Shown piece after piece: positions 21,417 through 31,574 of a stretch of DNA of 64,000 nucleotides. This stretch comes from Treponemataceae bacterium. GTDB taxonomy: Bacteria; Spirochaetota; Spirochaetia; Treponematales; Rectinemataceae. A program made the translations under genes and the position numbers. The stretch spans positions 704,001 to 768,000 of the forward strand of contig CAXXHO010000005.1 of NCBI GenBank assembly GCA_963667725.2, in the 5' to 3' direction. The notes under the pieces were generated by a model. That model was not told the origin of the DNA, did no database searches, and saw only the letters and a list, made by a program, of their open reading frames with translations. Every line of letters begins with the position of its first letter. Within the stretch, counting starts at the first letter, position 1.

Positions 21417-22700
21417 CTATATAGCACAATACGCCCTATTGCATTCATTTGGACTAGGTCTGCCTTCTATTTGATCAATCAGTACTTTGACCAAATTCTT
21501 ATAATCAAACTCTTCTGCAATTGCACGGCAGTTCCGGCAGTAAAGATCATACTCTTCTTTTGGCATATTACTGAACCTAATAATGCCGTCTGCTATTGCT
21601 TTGGGGTTGTTCTCGGTGATAATACCGCAATTTCTTCCAGATACCATATCATACTTTGGCTTAAGTGTAGCAAGTACTGGTCTACCGCTAGCAAAATACA
21701 TAAACAGCTTGTTGGGGCTCAATCCAAAACGGGTGATAGGCGTATTCATAAAGTTAAAAATATTAATATTACACCGAGAAAGCATGTTAGGTGCATATTC
21801 TACTGAAAGACGTCCTTTAAATTTGATGTTTGTTAGCCCGTACTCATCAACCTTTGTTTCAAGCTCTTCTCTATGATCACCATCGCCATATATCAAAAGT
21901 ATAATGTTATTTTCTCTTCTATCTTGGAGTATCTTGGCTGCCTCCACAACAACATCCAAATCATTGGCTCGTCTTATTGCGCCAAGATACGCGACCTTAT
22001 ACTTGTCAGTATCTAGGTCGTCATCTTTAAGAATCAGTTCACTCATATTTCTATCCACCGATTCAAGATCAACGCCATTATTAAGGTATCCGATCTTATT
22101 GATGTCCACATTGCCGCCATGAGCTTTATCCCAACCCTTTTCTAAAATGTAGTCTCTGCCTCCTTCAAATGAAAAGATTATACCATCACTATCTCTATAA
22201 GACTTATATTCCATAAAGTATAGCAACTTTGCTAGAATGCTGCCTTTCTTGATATAGCCCATATCAATAAAATCTTCTGGCCACAAATCAAGAACATCGT
22301 AAATAACCCTTGTCCTATAGTTACGTTTATATTTCAAGAACACATTACCGAAGAGCCCTGCAAAGTCACTGACGATAACATCGGGCACAGGTAATTTTTT
22401 TCTAAGACTCCACACAGCATGTTGGAACTTAATAGACGACAACACTCGTTTAGCACTGTTACCTGTGTAAGTCATTGTCTTTAAAACAAGGAATTGAGCT
22501 CCATCAAATTCAACAAATTCAAATCCCCCCCTCCCTTCAAGCAGATGCTTCTTTGTTCCGTGAATTTGACTCCCACATACAATAATTACTTTATAACCAG
22601 CTTCATTAAGGTGCTGACTAAGGACAATTTGCCTAGTTCTTTTCGATCTGGGGACCGAATAAGGATTAATAATCCAAACTAATTTTTGTTTTACTTGCAC
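21417..22700 (-). CDS. Glycosyltransferase family 4 (WbuB-like)
   Basis: DLWPE, NGVD, SPNKLFMYFASGRP; probable GTG start at 22700. Confidence 0.85.
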   Translation of the reverse strand: MQVKQKLVWIINPYSVPRSKRTRQIVLSQHLNEAGYKVIIVCGSQIHGTKKHLLEGRGGFEFVEFDGAQFLVLKTMTYTGNSAKRVLSSIKFQHAVWSLRKKLPVPDVIVSDFAGLFGNVFLKYKRNYRTRVIYDVLDLWPEDFIDMGYIKKGSILAKLLYFMEYKSYRDSDGIIFSFEGGRDYILEKGWDKAHGGNVDINKIGYLNNGVDLESVDRNMSELILKDDDLDTDKYKVAYLGAIRRANDLDVVVEAAKILQDRRENNIILLIYGDGDHREELETKVDEYGLTNIKFKGRLSVEYAPNMLSRCNINIFNFMNTPITRFGLSPNKLFMYFASGRPVLATLKPKYDMVSGRNCGIITENNPKAIADGIIRFSNMPKEEYDLYCRNCRAIAEEFDYKNLVKVLIDQIEGRPSPNECNRAYCAI

Positions 22701-22710
22701 CTCTATTCCC

Positions 22711-23757
22711 TCACGCTCTATATTTCGGAAAAAATCCACTATCTTTAATCTCACTCTGATTCCTTAATCCGACAAGTTCCTGATATTTTTCTATTATGTA
22801 CACCTTTCGTCCAATATGAAACCTGCAAGGTTCTCCACGATAGAAAGCACTCTTAAACTTATATAGATTGTCTTCACTTGAACCAACTCCTCCACCAAGA
22901 TGAAGCGTTTTACAGCCATTGTAGCATCCCCACAAAGCAGCCGCATAAAGAAGAAGGTTAGTAGGAGCTAAGTTCTTATACTCAGGAAGAGATCCAGAAA
23001 GATGGTAATTCAGCTTACCTTTAGTAGCCAATATTATTGAAGCAGCGATCACTTTCCCATCAAGTTCGGCATAAAATATCTGTACCTCTTGCGGCAATTC
23101 CATCATCAAACTCTGATAAAACTCTGGCTTGAAGTAATAGTAAGCTTCAGCATTGTTCTTATCCATCGTCAAGTTATAGACTTCACGAAACTTATTGAAT
23201 ATCTCTGGATATCTACCGTTATAAATCACAATGCGAGACTTTTGAGCCTTTCTAATCATGTTGCGATTCTTACTAGTAAGATTAGTCCAAATAGTATCCA
23301 GAGAGGACAAATCCATCGCAATAGTGTTACCAAGAGCCAGTATATCATAAAAAGAATCCGCGTGCTTATGATTCTCCAACACTGGATGGTACCTTACAAA
23401 CTCACTAACCACATTGTTTTTTTGACACCAAGACTGGTAGCAATCAAAAAGCTCTAAACTGCTCCCTTTACCCTCAATCAACCAGCCACCGTATCCATAA
23501 GGAGTAATAAAATCAAACCATGTATCAGCTTCAATTTTCTCAGAAAATCGAAAATCATTGTATATATCCCTCTGCATGACGACATTTATACCGCGAACAT
23601 CCTGCCCCTCGTAATAGAACAAAAGGGGTACACCATCACCATTATTCTGAAACGCTTTAGCATACCCGCTCAGGTAGTAAACATCATAGGATTGAAAGGA
23701 ACGAACAACAGCATCCCATTCTTTGCTATGCTCAATTGTATAAAATGTTAATGGCAT
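22711..23757 (-). CDS. GNAT / FemAB-like acyl- or aminoacyltransferase
   Basis: TPYGYGG, RNMIRKA, YHLSGS, LHLGGG..LYKFK. Confidence 0.8.
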   Translation of the reverse strand: MPLTFYTIEHSKEWDAVVRSFQSYDVYYLSGYAKAFQNNGDGVPLLFYYEGQDVRGINVVMQRDIYNDFRFSEKIEADTWFDFITPYGYGGWLIEGKGSSLELFDCYQSWCQKNNVVSEFVRYHPVLENHKHADSFYDILALGNTIAMDLSSLDTIWTNLTSKNRNMIRKAQKSRIVIYNGRYPEIFNKFREVYNLTMDKNNAEAYYYFKPEFYQSLMMELPQEVQIFYAELDGKVIAASIILATKGKLNYHLSGSLPEYKNLAPTNLLLYAAALWGCYNGCKTLHLGGGVGSSEDNLYKFKSAFYRGEPCRFHIGRKVYIIEKYQELVGLRNQSEIKDSGFFPKYRA

Positions 23758-24775
23758 TAGCCTTATCCCAATTAAAAAAGTTTTTTATGACTTCAACTTC
23801 TCTGTCCATATCTTCTATCGAATAACGTTGATCGCAAATTAAACTCAGTTCTTCATCGTAAATATCTCTATAAGCTCCATGACTTCTAGACAATGGCCAG
23901 TGCACAGGGCAATAAATAAAATTCTTTATGAGATATATTTTTAGAGCATCCCTCAATCCGTTCCTAACTAATATCGGTACGAATAACGGAGTGTCAGTTG
24001 GACCTAGTGTAGCCTTCCATAGCTTTATTCCAGGAATATTCTGGAGCCCACTAATCAGATGATGTGCATTTCTTCGGCGTGCTTCAATAACCGCTTTTAT
24101 ATCCACATCTGCAATCTCTCCAGTATAACCAACGTAGTCATGATTAAGCATATCTTCGGCAGAAGAAAACAGTTTCAGAAATTCTAGTTTATCTGCCTTA
24201 TCACCAGCCATGTATGCGGCTTTCAATCTAGCTGCTTTATCTCGCATTTCGCAATAAGCAGTATTCAAGTTCACAGGCTTAGAAATACAAAAATCTCCTG
24301 TCAACTTTCTGACCTCAGAAAAATTGCAATATTGCCATTTACGGTAACTACAGAAAGCATAGTCGACTTTTATACTAGGGCCATTCAATTTATGAGTCGA
24401 ATCGTAAATTGTAATTTTGCCATTATCGCTTTCTGCCAGCGCAATCTTCGCGTTAAAAGGTTCCTCGTAACCGAAGAAATCAAAAATCAATACTGCATCA
24501 CAATTATTAGTCGGGTAATCAATACTCTCTTCACTAACTTTATAGAAACGAACATCTACACCATTCCGCTCAAACGGTTCAATCATAGACTCACAACAGT
24601 AAGAGGGAAGCATCACTGAGCCAAGTTGTCGCTCTGCCTTAATATCTTTAATAATGAAATCGAGAGCAGTTCTTCCAGATAGAAGATGAGCTAAATTATT
24701 TTTGGTTTTTTCTTTCTTCGTTGTTTTTTTCTGCCAAAACTCGCTACCTATTTCATTAATATTTGATCTATTCAT
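23732..24775 (-). CDS. Degenerate DegT-like PLP-fold protein
   Basis: EIGSEF, SGRTAL, LPSYCCESM, DSTH, SYRKW, CPVHW, CDQRY. Confidence 0.6.
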   Translation of the reverse strand: MNRSNINEIGSEFWQKKTTKKEKTKNNLAHLLSGRTALDFIIKDIKAERQLGSVMLPSYCCESMIEPFERNGVDVRFYKVSEESIDYPTNNCDAVLIFDFFGYEEPFNAKIALAESDNGKITIYDSTHKLNGPSIKVDYAFCSYRKWQYCNFSEVRKLTGDFCISKPVNLNTAYCEMRDKAARLKAAYMAGDKADKLEFLKLFSSAEDMLNHDYVGYTGEIADVDIKAVIEARRRNAHHLISGLQNIPGIKLWKATLGPTDTPLFVPILVRNGLRDALKIYLIKNFIYCPVHWPLSRSHGAYRDIYDEELSLICDQRYSIEDMDREVEVIKNFFNWDKANAINILYN

Positions 24776-25397
24776 GTAATTTTCTATACTTATGAAAATC
24801 TATCTCAATACCTTCGCCACGAACTTGAACATCGCTCCTCTTAACTACTCTTAAAATTGTCATTAAAAATATCTTTACATCAAAAGCAAACGATATTTTT
24901 TGGATATACTCAATATCAAACTTGAATTTATCTTCCCAGCTAAGTTTATTCCTCCCATTTACTTGAGCCCATCCGCTTATACCAGGTTTAACATCATGTC
25001 TTCGAATTTCCTCCTGATTGTAATAAGGTAAATACTTGACTGATAATGGGCGAGGTCCAATGAAACTCATCTGACCGAGTAGAATATTAACTAATTGTGG
25101 TATCTCATCTAAACTGGTTTTTCTCATAATACGTCCTATCCTTAGCATTCTTTCTCTATCAGATAGTTTTTTACCATTAATTACATCAACCTTCTTCATA
25201 GTTCTCAATTTAAATATTGTGAATCTTTTATTCTTATAGCCAATTCTTTCTTGTTTATAGATTGGCGAAGATTCTGGATCTTCCGCCAGTATTAATAATA
25301 AACAAATTACCAATACTGGTAATAATAATATTAATAAGATACCGGCAAACACCCTATCAAAAATGGCTTTTATAAAAATATATTTCATAATATGCAC
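24768..25397 (-). CDS. Sugar transferase (second priming phosphoglycosyltransferase)
   Basis: KLRTM, SLDEIPQLVNI..GQMSFIGPRP, KPGISGWAQVNGRN. Confidence 0.92.
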   Translation of the reverse strand: MHIMKYIFIKAIFDRVFAGILLILLLPVLVICLLLILAEDPESSPIYKQERIGYKNKRFTIFKLRTMKKVDVINGKKLSDRERMLRIGRIMRKTSLDEIPQLVNILLGQMSFIGPRPLSVKYLPYYNQEEIRRHDVKPGISGWAQVNGRNKLSWEDKFKFDIEYIQKISFAFDVKIFLMTILRVVKRSDVQVRGEGIEIDFHKYRKLHE

Positions 25398-25566
25398 TAC
25401 CCATTATTGTATAATTTCTTGTTGTAGCCGATGGCAAATTGCTGGAAATCGCTTGAACTGAACTTTTAAAAGTATCCATGAATTGAGGAATATAAATCTA
25501 ATAAGATAAAATCTAAAAAGCTTTTACTCAACTGGGTTAATTCAGGTGTTGCCAATTGGACAATTT

Positions 25567-26235
25567 CTACAAAGGTTTAATTGTTTTCGTAAATTCTTTT
25601 GCTGGATTACCATATACCTTTTGATCAGACTCTAGATTTTTAATTACATTAGATGCCATCCCAACAAAGTTAAAATCCCCTATTTTTAAATAGTTATTGA
25701 ATGTACTATTAAGTCCGAAAAAATTACCACTCCCTATCTCCGATGAACTACCAATAACATTATGAGCCGCTACAAAATTATAATTACCCAATTTAGTATT
25801 ATGTCCAATAAGTGAATTTGAATGTATAGTACAATGATAACCAATTACTGCGTTAGGGTTGACGACTACATTAGCCATTATCGAAGTACCCTTACAAATC
25901 TTTGCAGATCGTGCAATTGTTGCAGTATGATGAATAAATGTATAAAACTTATTTTCTGGAATATTAAAGCTATTCAACAACTTAATTCTTTCCCTCATTA
26001 AATCAGGGCGATATAACTGATAAATGAACTTAACATCATTATAATCTTTAAATTTCGCGTATGCTTCATATGTTTTACATAATAAAGGGAATCCATTTAT
26101 TGTATCTCCCATCGTTTCGTCATCGAAGGCAAATCCAAGAAACTCGACACTGCCATTTTTAATTTCCATGTCGTAAAGTTGTTCAGCAATTACGACAGCT
26201 GAACCTTTACCACCAATAATTACTACTTTATCCAT
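25567..26235 (-). CDS. NeuD/PglD-like hexapeptide acetyltransferase
   Basis: N-terminal Rossmann-like IIGG; hexapeptide repeats; C-terminal GNPAK. Confidence 0.8.
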   Translation of the reverse strand: MDKVVIIGGKGSAVVIAEQLYDMEIKNGSVEFLGFAFDDETMGDTINGFPLLCKTYEAYAKFKDYNDVKFIYQLYRPDLMRERIKLLNSFNIPENKFYTFIHHTATIARSAKICKGTSIMANVVVNPNAVIGYHCTIHSNSLIGHNTKLGNYNFVAAHNVIGSSSEIGSGNFFGLNSTFNNYLKIGDFNFVGMASNVIKNLESDQKVYGNPAKEFTKTIKPL

Positions 26236-26469
26236 ATTAAACCTCCAACCATTAAAATTTATTTAAGCACTTTCAAAAGTCATGCAATGAGAGAATATTT
26301 GTGAAAAACTGGGGCAGAATCTGAACAATGGCGCTGTCTAGACAGACATCAACAGAAGGAGTCCCAACTGATAAAAATATATAAGAAATACTTGGTGGCA
26401 TGCAAAGACTACTTAAACTTAGCTTCAATCTTCAAGCAGGATTCGAAGAATACCTGACTAAAGAGTTAC

Positions 26470-27723
26470 TAGTACTGTGTAACAGCTAATAGTTTACAAT
26501 AAATGTTTCCCATGCTATCCTCTAAATGGTGTACCATGAAGAAGGGTAGCAGTATGGCAAAGACCAAGAAAAAGATTGTGTTATCCTCGGAGCAGCGTAC
26601 CACGTTGCTTGCCTTTTTATTTCACGAATCGAAAAGCGTGCGGCTTACCCGAAGAGCTCAAATAATTCTTGCCCTGGATACTTCAACCGGCCATCTACCG
26701 CTTCATGATGAGCAAATTGCTTCGACCTGCCAGGTAAGTAGGCAAACAATACAAGTCGTTAAAGACGCTTTCATGCGCAGCCCTTCTCTTGAATCCTTTC
26801 TTCAGAGAAAGAAAAGGGCAACACCGCCTGTCGCACCAAAGGTTACTGGCGATGTTGAGGCGCACATCATCGCCTTATGCTGCAGTAGTCCTCCTGAAGG
26901 GTATTCGCGTTGGACGGTTCGATTATTGGCCGATAAATGCGTTGAACTCGGCATTATCGATTCCATTTCTCCAATGACGATCAATCGGACATTAAAAAAA
27001 ACGAATTTAAGCCGCACCTGAAGAAATGCTGGTGCATTCCTCCCCAGCACAATGGCCGCTTTGTTGCCGCCATGGAAGATGTCCTAGAGGTATATAGCAG
27101 GCCTTATAACGTTCATCGTCCGGTGGTATGCATGGACGAAAAGCCGATTCAATTAATGGCTGATCGACGCCGCCGCATTTCTATGAAGAAAGGAAAACCA
27201 GAGCGGCAAGATTCCGAATATGCCCGCAAGGGTACCTGCAGTATTTTTCTGTTCACTGAACAATTGAAAGGGTGGCGAGCCGCTGACGCTCATGAACATC
27301 GAACCCGTGTTGACTGGGCAAATCAAATTGAACATCTTCTCACGGTTGATTATCCGGCAGCTGAAAAGATCGTTCTCGTAATGGATAATTTGAATACCCA
27401 TGGGATCTCATCGTTATACGATTCATTCCCACCATGGAAAGCATTCGAACTCTCCCAGCGGCTGGAGATTCACTACACACCAAAACATGGGAGTTGGCTC
27501 AATATTACTGAAATTGAACTTTCTGCCCTTGGTCGGCAGTGCTTGGCAAAAAAAAATATAGATTGTCTCGGTACATTGAATACTGAACGTTTAAGTTGGT
27601 CTGTAAGCCGAAACAAAAATCAACGCGGTGTTGATTGGCAATTCACGACTCACGATGCAAGGACAAAGCTTAAACGACTGTATCCTGTTCTCACTGGAAA
27701 TATTTAGATGTTACAGGGTACTA
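26470..27723 (+). mobile_element. Complete IS630-family element; transposase in two ORFs (26503..27021 and ..27707) probably joined by a -1 frameshift
   Basis: Terminal repeats GTACTGTGTAACA / TGTTACAGGGTAC flanked by TA; A8 run near 26994; DDE motifs MDEK, MDNLNTH, HGSWLN..E. Confidence 0.92.
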
Positions 27724-27733
27724 GCTTTTTCAT

Positions 27734-28621
27734 CTACTTACTCAAATTCATGATCTTTTCGTGCTTCTCTAGAATCTTCTTTGCATTGGCTACCATGGGC
27801 GGCCCGATAAATTTTCCGTTCATGACAGCAACACCTTTCCCTTCTTTCTGAGCGGTTTCGAAAAGAGCAAGCATCTCATTGGCATCCACTATTTCCTGCT
27901 CGGAAGGGGAAAAATACTGATGCACAAGCGGAAGTTCCTTCGGATGAAGCACGAGCATACCCTCGAAACCGAGGTTTTTTGCCAACCTGATGTTTTTCTC
28001 AAGATCCTCAAGATCGTGCACATTAATATGGACAGTATCGATCGGGACAACATCGTTCGCTTTCGCGGCCATTGCGATCAGCGCCCTGGGAACATAGAGC
28101 GATTGCCCATCATGATCGTGGATTCCTCCGAGATCTGTGATGAAATCTTCACAGCCAAAAGCTATTCCTACAACTCGTCTGGATGCGGCGCAGATATCGC
28201 TTGAATTGATCGCAGCCGCAGCAGTCTCGATAAGTGGTATTATCTTGTAAGTTCCAAGCTCAATTCCTTTTTCATATTCGATTGTCTCAAGAAGTTTGTC
28301 AAAAAAATAGATATCTTGGCCCGTATGGCTCTTTGGGTACATAAAACCGGTAATCCCAGGGATCGCAAGGTCGTAGATGTCCTTCAGGAGTTGTCCGCTT
28401 TCACGGTCGTTGACCCGAGGGAAAATCACCCTCCCGGTAAAAATTCCCTCCTCCACCATTTTCTTAATCAATGCCCTAGCGACCGCTTTATTTGCAGGCG
28501 GTTGAACGGAATCTTCGATGTCCAGCAGCAATACATCGGCATCTGAGCGTGATGCGCTCATCATGAGTTTCTCGTTGTGCCCGGGAACGAACATGAGACT
28601 TCTCATCGGAAATTTAGCCAT
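27734..28621 (-). CDS. HpcH/HpaI aldolase / citrate lyase beta (CitE-like CoA-ester lyase)
   Basis: RSLMFVPG, DIEDSV, LIETA, FGCEDF, LHPKE. Confidence 0.88.
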   Translation of the reverse strand: MAKFPMRSLMFVPGHNEKLMMSASRSDADVLLLDIEDSVQPPANKAVARALIKKMVEEGIFTGRVIFPRVNDRESGQLLKDIYDLAIPGITGFMYPKSHTGQDIYFFDKLLETIEYEKGIELGTYKIIPLIETAAAAINSSDICAASRRVVGIAFGCEDFITDLGGIHDHDGQSLYVPRALIAMAAKANDVVPIDTVHINVHDLEDLEKNIRLAKNLGFEGMLVLHPKELPLVHQYFSPSEQEIVDANEMLALFETAQKEGKGVAVMNGKFIGPPMVANAKKILEKHEKIMNLSK

Positions 28622-29099
28622 TGAACTTCTCCTTGCATGCGATCAGTACATGCCTTCTAAAGACAAGCACATCTGCTCCATCCTGGTTCGATGCAATCGT
28701 CTCAACGTAGATTATCCCTCTATCTGGTTTGGTCACCGAAATTCTCTTGTCCAAAATAGTCGTTCTTACATAAATAGTATCATTAACGAATACAGGCGTC
28801 AAATGTTTGACACTTTCATACTCTAGATTGGCTATAGCCTTACCGCTGATATCAGGAACCGTTATGCCGACAGCCAAGCTGAAGACCAAAGTACCTACAA
28901 CAAGTATTCTGCCATGCTGGGACCGGTTCGCAAAATCTGCATTGGTATGAAGTGGGTGGTGGTTCATAGTTAGAAGACAGAAAAGATTGTTGTCGCTTTC
29001 AAAAATTGTTTTTGAAGCCGAATGTTTGATCGTCTCTCCAATAACAAATTCTTCAAAATAATGACCGATGCATGATGCTTCCATGCATTCCTCCTTCAT
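28614..29099 (-). CDS. MaoC-family dehydratase
   Basis: GHYFEEF, DNNLFCLLTMNHHPLH, PVFVNDTIY. Confidence 0.88.
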   Translation of the reverse strand: MKEECMEASCIGHYFEEFVIGETIKHSASKTIFESDNNLFCLLTMNHHPLHTNADFANRSQHGRILVVGTLVFSLAVGITVPDISGKAIANLEYESVKHLTPVFVNDTIYVRTTILDKRISVTKPDRGIIYVETIASNQDGADVLVFRRHVLIACKEKFNG

Positions 29100-29154
29100 A
29101 CTATGATGATATTAGCAATTAAGCTGTGGTGCTTCGCCGTCCAAAACTGAAGTG

Positions 29155-31410
29155 GGGGTTCCTAAAGAACCCTTTTTTCTATCTCCCAGGCAGCGCCTAA
29201 CTGCCTTTTATTCCAAAGAAATGAGTTCCAAACCAGTTCGATTATGGCATCAATAAGCGGCACAAAAAAGGCTTTCGCCTTTCTCCTTGCCACCACCATG
29301 AGATTCATTACAAGGAATACCATCATGATGGAGGTCTCACTCGTCTCTTTCAACTGACGTTGTACAGTGTGTGGTATAATACAGTAAGCAATAAAGCAGC
29401 TTAATATATTATACTGACAACAAATAACTAAAAACGGACTATACAAAAAGCATGATGCAAATGCGGTATAAGATATTTATAAATATTCGAAATAAAACTT
29501 TACAGATAAAACACTATGTTGTATAATTAGCGGTATAATGAACGTACGGAAATGTACCCTAAAGAATGCTCAAGGCGGTACCTATACGTACCTTCAACTT
29601 GTGCACAACTACCGCGTCAAGGAAACAGGAAAGACCAAAACCAATGTCCTTATGAAGCTCGGACGGGAAGATCAGATCGAGCCTTCCTACATCCAGGCGA
29701 TCATCAAGGCACTGTCTGCGGTCTTAGGCGAATATCCTTCTGAAGTCCCCGCCGGATTTGACTTCCATTCAAGTCGGGAGCTTGGGGGCACCTGGCTTCT
29801 AGATGCCCTATGGAATCGTCTTGGCATGGCAAAGGCTATCAAAGGGCTTCTTAACGAACGCCAGTTCGCCACACCCGTTGAACGGCTCTGCTTTGCCATG
29901 GTTTCAGGAAGAATACTCGCTCCGGGTTCGAAGCTTTCTCTTGAGCACTGGGTTTCAAAGAAAGCCTTTATTAAAGACCTTAACGAGGTAGACGTTCATA
30001 ATCTTTATAGGGCGATGGATCTTCTTGTGGCGTCGAACGAGGAACTCCAGAAGCAGATATTCACCGAAGTGTCGAAGAATACGCATCTCGACGTGGATCT
30101 CATCTTCCTCGATACGACGAACACCTATTTCGAGACCGATGAAGATGCTTCCAGCTCGGGACTCTTAAAACGTGGCCACAGCAAGGATGGGCACCCCGAG
30201 CTACCCTTGGTTTCGATTGCCTTTGCGGTGACGCGTAGCGGCATTCCCCTTCGCTGTTGGGTATTCCCTGGCAACACGAGCGACCAGACGATCGTCGAGC
30301 AGGTGAAAGCTGATTTAGGGCAGTGGAATCTTGGGCATGTCGTCATGGTTCAAGACGCAGGATTCAACAGTGCCGACAACCGAAGAATCCTTTTACGAGA
30401 ATGCGGTGACTATATTATCGGTGAGAAGCTTCGTGTTGGCACTGATGGCGCTGCTGTAGAAGCCCTGCACCGGAAAGGGCGATTTAGAATCCTAGAGAAC
30501 GGTCTTGCGATAAAGGATGTCGTTCTCGATGCGGGAACGGCAACGGAGCGCCGATTTATCATCGTCAAGAATCCGGAAGCCGAGACGCGCGACCGGGTCA
30601 TACGCGGACAAATTATCGACGCCACGAAACGAAAGCTTGACGAACTGTCACAGTATACGGGGAAAGCGCATACGAAAGCAGCCTGTGCGCTACGATCTCA
30701 TTCTGCCTATGGCAGATACATTAGGCAGGATACGAAGGGTGTCTTGCACCTCGACACCGCCAAGATAGCCTCAGAAGAACTCCTTGACGGCAAGTTCCTT
30801 GTGTCGACGTCCAGTATGAAGCTGGATGCTGCAGACATTGTGGCCGGCTACAAGCAACTGTGGGCTATAGAGCGAGTATTCAAGGATATGAAAAACACCT
30901 TGGATATTCGTCCCGTATACCACCGACTTGATGATCGAATTCGAAGCCATATTCTTATTTGTTGGCTTGCCATGGTACTGGTACGGTATGCAGAGAATAT
31001 AGCGGACCGGTCCTGGTACCAGATTGAAAAAGCGTTGGCTGATGTTACTGCAGGGCTTATTGAGAACGACAATGTAAGCCTCTGGTATTGCTCTGATATT
31101 TCCGACGAGGCGAAGGACATTTTCAAGCGCTTAACTATTGAATTACCAAAGAAAGTTCTTGCTACAGTAGCAAGAGATCCTGTTGCGGTATAAAAGATTT
31201 TCGACTGCAATCGTATAACTCTATTATTTATAGAGTATTAGCAAGATTTTCTATACCGCGCACTGTACAACGCCAGTTCAACTTCGTGCCAATTCGATCG
31301 AGCGTATAACATCGCTTCGCTTCTCCGAATTTGCCCCCAACTGCTATCCTTGTACTTTCATCGTGGCGTTATATTTTTCTCTACTCTCGAAGTATCTTTT
31401 TATTCTTACC
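29155..31410 (-). mobile_element. IS5-family 3' remnant split by the IS1634 insertion
   Basis: Rejoining the flanks gives VGGKFGEAKRCYTLDRIGTKL|KETSETSIMMVFLVMNL; end sequence GGGGTTCCTAAAGAA near 29155. Confidence 0.7.
29354..31276 (+). mobile_element. Complete IS1634-family element; transposase at 29538..31193
   Basis: 25-bp imperfect terminal repeats CTG(A/G)CGTTGTACAGTG(T/C)G(T/C)GGTATA; 5-bp target duplication TTCAA; DTTNTYF, GHSKD, IERVFKDMK..RPVYH. Confidence 0.92.
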
Positions 31411-31574
31411 TTACCCCAGATACCTAGAGCATGGCCACTTCCAAAGTGGGCATTATAAATGCATTGATCCAGCGAAGTGTCAAGAAAATGCTAGCGCGAT
31501 AAAGTTCTTCGATTGTTTACACAAAAATATTTACAGGCTCGGAAGATGTTCGGCACTTGTTGGAGACCGACTCG

